Positions 59,023-64,000 of a stretch of DNA of 64,000 nt are shown here, one piece after another. The translations under genes and the position numbers were made by a program. The notes below the pieces were generated by a model, which was not told the DNA's origin, ran no database searches, and saw only the letters and a program-made list of their open reading frames with translations. The stretch spans positions 28,024,001 to 28,088,000 of the forward strand of contig CM022679.1 in NCBI GenBank assembly GCA_012295275.1. Reading direction: 5' to 3'. Each line of letters opens with the position of its first letter. Position 1 is the first letter of the stretch. The stretch is from Chrysomallon squamiferum. Lineage: Eukaryota; Animalia; Mollusca.

Positions 59023-60782
59023 GTGTCCCTGTCCGTCTGTCTCTGTATGTGTCTGTCAGACACTCTTAGTTATTATCGAGGAAGTTAATTCCATCGGGTA
59101 TAATTTCATCTTAAATTCGTACAGCTATTCGTTTATATATTTTTTAACTTGCTTCTCTTAAAACTCTTTTTTTTCAATGTTTATTTTTGCGAGTACATAC
59201 GAAATAAAACCAGAAAAAAAAAAGATTGAATCTAACTTTCCTGCTCTGAGACTTAAACAGATTACCTTCTCCATTTAAACGCCCCAGAAAAAAAAAAAAT
59301 ACTCTGGCTTCCTTACATATAATTATTTTTTTATTTAATTCCCAGCTTTCTGACAAGTACAATATCTCTACGCGGCAGAGCGACAGCCAGTCAATTCCTC
59401 GACTGCCGTAAATTCACGAACATTGTCGGCAAAACACGTAACAGGCAGTATTTCTAAAATACCGTGTCGACGGGGTTTTATCGCTCTGTGAGATTTGTTC
59501 CTGCTGTTCAGTTAGAAAGTCTGTGCATCTATCACGCTGTATCTTATGAACATTGTGTGCTAATTAGTTCAACTGTTCTGAATGCAGAACCAGATTCCAG
59601 GGACGCGGAGAGAGAGAATTCACTTATCTTAGTGCATCTCACGTGTTACAATAACAAATGCAGAACTGTAAAATACTAACCTATAGCAGATAATGCTAAG
59701 GAACTGAACCGTAAAAACAACAAATCATTTTGAACTATCATTTTATTTTATTTTATTTTTTATATTTTTTTTTTTTTTTTTTTTTTCAATTGTTTTTCTA
59801 TATATTCATTTTTTTTTTTTTTTTTTTTTTATGGAAAGTTAACTCTGTAAACACCATCATCTTCATATGACATTTATTACGGACCGGATGAAAACCAGCC
59901 TACGTGTTTCCGATTATGACTTATTTTCGTGCTGCTAATGGCGGCAAACAGACAGAGAAATATTGTATGCGCTGACTTAATCATTCTTATTTTCCATGTC
60001 GCTTCGTTCAGAACTCTAACAGCAGACGTCAGAGAAAAAACTCGAATATTGAACTACGTGCTGTTTTGTACTGCAAGACCAGTTCACATTTCTAATTTGC
60101 TTTAAAGACTTAGCATTTAGAATACCTATACTTTTAGTTATAACAAAATGTACTACTCTATAATTCCATCATATACACGGTTACACCCATAATACAAACG
60201 TGTGTGTGTGTGTGTGTGTGTATTTATAGATATAGAGATATAGAGAGAGAGATATATATATATACATACATGCATGCATACATACTTACATACATAGATA
60301 AATACACACACACATACATACATACTTACATACATATATAAAAACACATACATACATACATATACATACATACATACACACACATACATACATACATACA
60401 TACATACATACATACATACATACATACATACATACATACAAAGGGACTGACAGTTTATACAGTTAGGTCTCTGTAGACATTTCCTGCTCATGTACCAAAA
60501 AACTATTAATTTGCTGTCATAAATATTTATCTTTGTGATAAACGATCTACTTTTTGTAGTCTCTTCGTAACGAAATTAATACGATTTACACCGTAGAAAT
60601 GTATCAGTGTGTGTCAATAACTTTGAGTGTAGTGATAAACGCGAAGTCAGACAAACAAGTGAGGTGTTCAGTGTGTACCAGTGATTTTCTCAGTGTACAC
60701 AGAGTCAGTGTTGTTTTATGTCTGCTGGGAGGTTCTGTGTGCAGAGATAATAACACGTATTAGCTGTCAATCAATCAGAATA

Positions 60783-60864
<82 letters not shown>

Positions 60865-61317
60865 TCTTTCTCTGTCTGTCTCTCTCTGTCTCTCTCTGTG
60901 TCTCTCTGCCTCTGTCGCTCTCTGACTCTCTTTGTCTCTGTCGCTCTCTCTATGTCTCTATGTCTCTCTGTCTTTCTCTGTCTGTCTCTCTGTCTCTCTC
61001 TCTTTATCTGTGTATTTATATATCTCATTCTTTCTCTCATTCTTTCTATTCTTTTTCTCCTGTTCATCTCCCCTTTCTCTGTCATCCTCACCCTCTTCTT
61101 TCTTTCCCCCAGTCTCTCAGCTGCCATTTCTGTTTTGTCTCAACATAAATCACTTTGTCTTCTACCTCTCTTTAAGAAATCGTGATTCCAGAAGAAAAAA
61201 AAAAGAAAGAAAGAAACACATATAATTTAAAAAGAAAGAAAAAGAACATAAACAAAAGACAAAACGATTCATTTACAAAATGTACTTGTTTTTGTGATCA
61301 AACATTTCACTCGCACC

Positions 61318-61443
<126 letters not shown>

Positions 61444-61523
61444 TTTTTTTACTAGTTCAGAAGTGACATGAACATTTTCAAACAAAATGATTCGAAATGA
61501 GTGCGTCTGTCTATTTTTATATA

Positions 61524-61559
<36 letters not shown>

Positions 61560-62751
61560 TATCCTGCACGATAATTTAGATAAAGTAATGTCGTTAGTTC
61601 GTTCCTGTTTCAGTACGTGAACTGTAGAAATAAAATAAAAAGGTAATTAACAGGGTCAGACATGAACGTTTATTGTGTTTTCTTTTTGATTATTTTATAT
61701 CTATATTTGTTTCTATAAGATGTGTGGAAGATAAATCTGGGTGGGTGTAACAAATGTAATGTGTGAGGGGGCGAGAGACATGGGAAGAGATACTTTTATA
61801 CACGTATCTGTATATGTGTGTATATGTATGAACGTACGTATGTAAGTACGTGTTTGAGTTGCTGTATAGGTGTGCTTGTGTGTAGATACCGCGCACGCTA
61901 CTCGTGTAAATATTGTTCTAGAAGCTGCTAGTGTTGTACGCATTACTTAATTAAACGGTTTCGCGTAGATTTTCATCTTTCATCACTCCATTCCTCGGCA
62001 TCGGTCCAGCCTCACTTCAGCGAGTCATAACACCGCGTTCTTTCTGCGACTACTTGATTAATAACCCAGTAAAAAAATCTCTATACTGAAAATAAATCTG
62101 TGTCCTTTTTTTTATCCATTAAAATCTGTGAAGCGTTCGGTTTGAGAATTCTTTTTCAAGGAAATAAGAGACAATATAAATTTCAATACAAACTAATTAA
62201 TTTAACTGTACAGTCGAAAAATGAAAATATAACAAAAAGCTAATAAAAATGTCGGTGAGCTAAAATGAAAACAGTGTGCGCCCTTACTTTGGTTGCAGGC
62301 AGACTCTGGTTCAGTAGAACATCAGCAGTTTATAGCAGTGAATGGGGCCAACGAAAAACAACTGTATACTTATAATCATGAATCTGCTGTGATATACAGA
62401 TCACGTATTTAATTTAAAAAAATTATTTAAATATTCTGTTTTTCTACAACAGTACAGAGGAAACTGTAAATGTGTGTGTGTTTATGAAAAATGTATACAA
62501 TAAAAAAAAACGCATACATGTGCATACACATGATAAATACGTACACATAAACAAACATGCATGCTCACAGGCAGAAATACACATACACACAACACATTTA
62601 AGTAAAATATATTTTGTCATATGAAATCTGATTTAGTTTTACTGATGTCGCTGGAGATTAGTTTTCTTCTTTTGTTTTGTGGCTAGAGTGAATAGTGTTG
62701 TGTTTTCCTCATATCCCGCAATGCTTTGCGAAAAAAAAAATATATATATAT

Positions 62752-62839
62752 ACAAAGACAAATAATAAAAACGAATTTGATCTGAAGGACAACCATTGTA
62801 TTATTACACCTTTATTACTGCATAAATAATGTGTGTTTA

Positions 62840-62892
<53 letters not shown>

Positions 62893-63052
62893 TCACACAC
62901 ACAATCAAATATACATATATATATATATAAACCATATAAATTGTTATATAGGACAAAGGTATGATATAGTATACTTTAATTATTTTCTTTAAATTTTATT
63001 GTCTTTGTACGTATTGTTATTGTTGTTCTTCATCTTCTTCTTCTTCTTCTTA

Positions 63053-63115
<63 letters not shown>

Positions 63116-63165
63116 CATCATCTACATTATTATTATTATTATTATTGTTATTATTATTGTTATTA

Positions 63166-63227
<62 letters not shown>

Positions 63228-63712
63228 GTAGCCTGCATATAAATGTATGATATTCTCAACATTTTTTTAACGCTGTAGTGAAATCAAGAAATAAAAAAGG
63301 AACACTTACATTTTCTCCGTAGTATTTCCGAATCTGCAAATTGGCTCAAAGGAACAATCACTGTCGTTTGAAGAATGATGATGACGTATCCGAAACACGC
63401 GTTCCACGCAGTCAACCGTTGTCAGCGTGTTCTGACTGTAATGTATTTGTGACGTCACAGATATCACATAATTTCCGTTGTTTGTTGTGTATTAGGAGGC
63501 AACACTTGGCGAACGTATCAGAAAACAACAGACATAACAGTTGGTTCAGGGCGAGTCTACAAATGGGGTATCGTACGAATGTCTGTAATTCACAGGAACA
63601 TGCACGTTGGTATCTAACAGATAAGAAATGTAAGAGACTAGAATAATGATGAGAAAAGAAAAAAACAAAGAGAAATAATAAAAACGAATTTGATCTGAAG
63701 GACAACCACTGT
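62752..63712. repeat. 48-bp direct repeat pair 913 bp apart (62752-62799, 63665-63712)
   Basis: ACAAAGA(C/G)AAATAATAAAAACGAATTTGATCTGAAGGACAACCA(T/C)TGT, 2 mismatches. Confidence 0.85.
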
Positions 63713-64000
63713 GAGTTTATATTACAGCTTCGGTATAATTTGCTTTTGGCAGAACGTTTTGTATGAGCTAAAAAAAAATTCAGCAAGAGAACAACGTTTT
63801 AAATAAATAATAATCTGAAAAACAGAAACACAGAGAGAAAAACATTCAAACTGTATGTGAATATGTATGTATGTATGTATGTATGTATGAGTGTATCTAT
63901 GTATTTTATCTATGTATGTATGTATGTATGAATGTATGTATATATGTATGTATGAGTATGTATGTATTTTATGTATGTATGTGTGTATGTTTGTTTCTAT

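Noticed and set aside
63341-63786. Overlapping 101-aa and 124-aa ORFs
   Set aside because: No recognisable domain, non-ATG or weak starts, and composition not exon-like.

Overview
AT-rich, microsatellite-dense eukaryotic (animal) genomic DNA. It is tentatively a gastropod mollusc, inferred only from repeat style and SINE-like remnants. Only one protein-coding gene is supported: a minus-strand class A (rhodopsin-like) peptide GPCR of 421 aa in three coding exons (24879-24064, 19206-19003, 16873-16628), joined by two phase-0 GT-AG introns. A splice acceptor at 25007-25008 implies further non-coding 5' exon(s) in or beyond the 39 kb upstream. The receptor has a pocket signature for amidated peptides, a repeat-built N-terminus with six N-glycosylation sequons, Asn in place of the conserved Leu3.43, and an 18-codon uORF. 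The rest is simple repeats, about a dozen minisatellite arrays, decayed SINE/MITE-like fragments and several CpG-rich motif clusters. Almost all other ORFs in the track are repeat artefacts. I found no multi-gene novel system; the best leads are the receptor's unusual features and two structured non-coding arrays (32.3-32.6 kb, 51.4-51.9 kb). All counts and alignments were done by eye.
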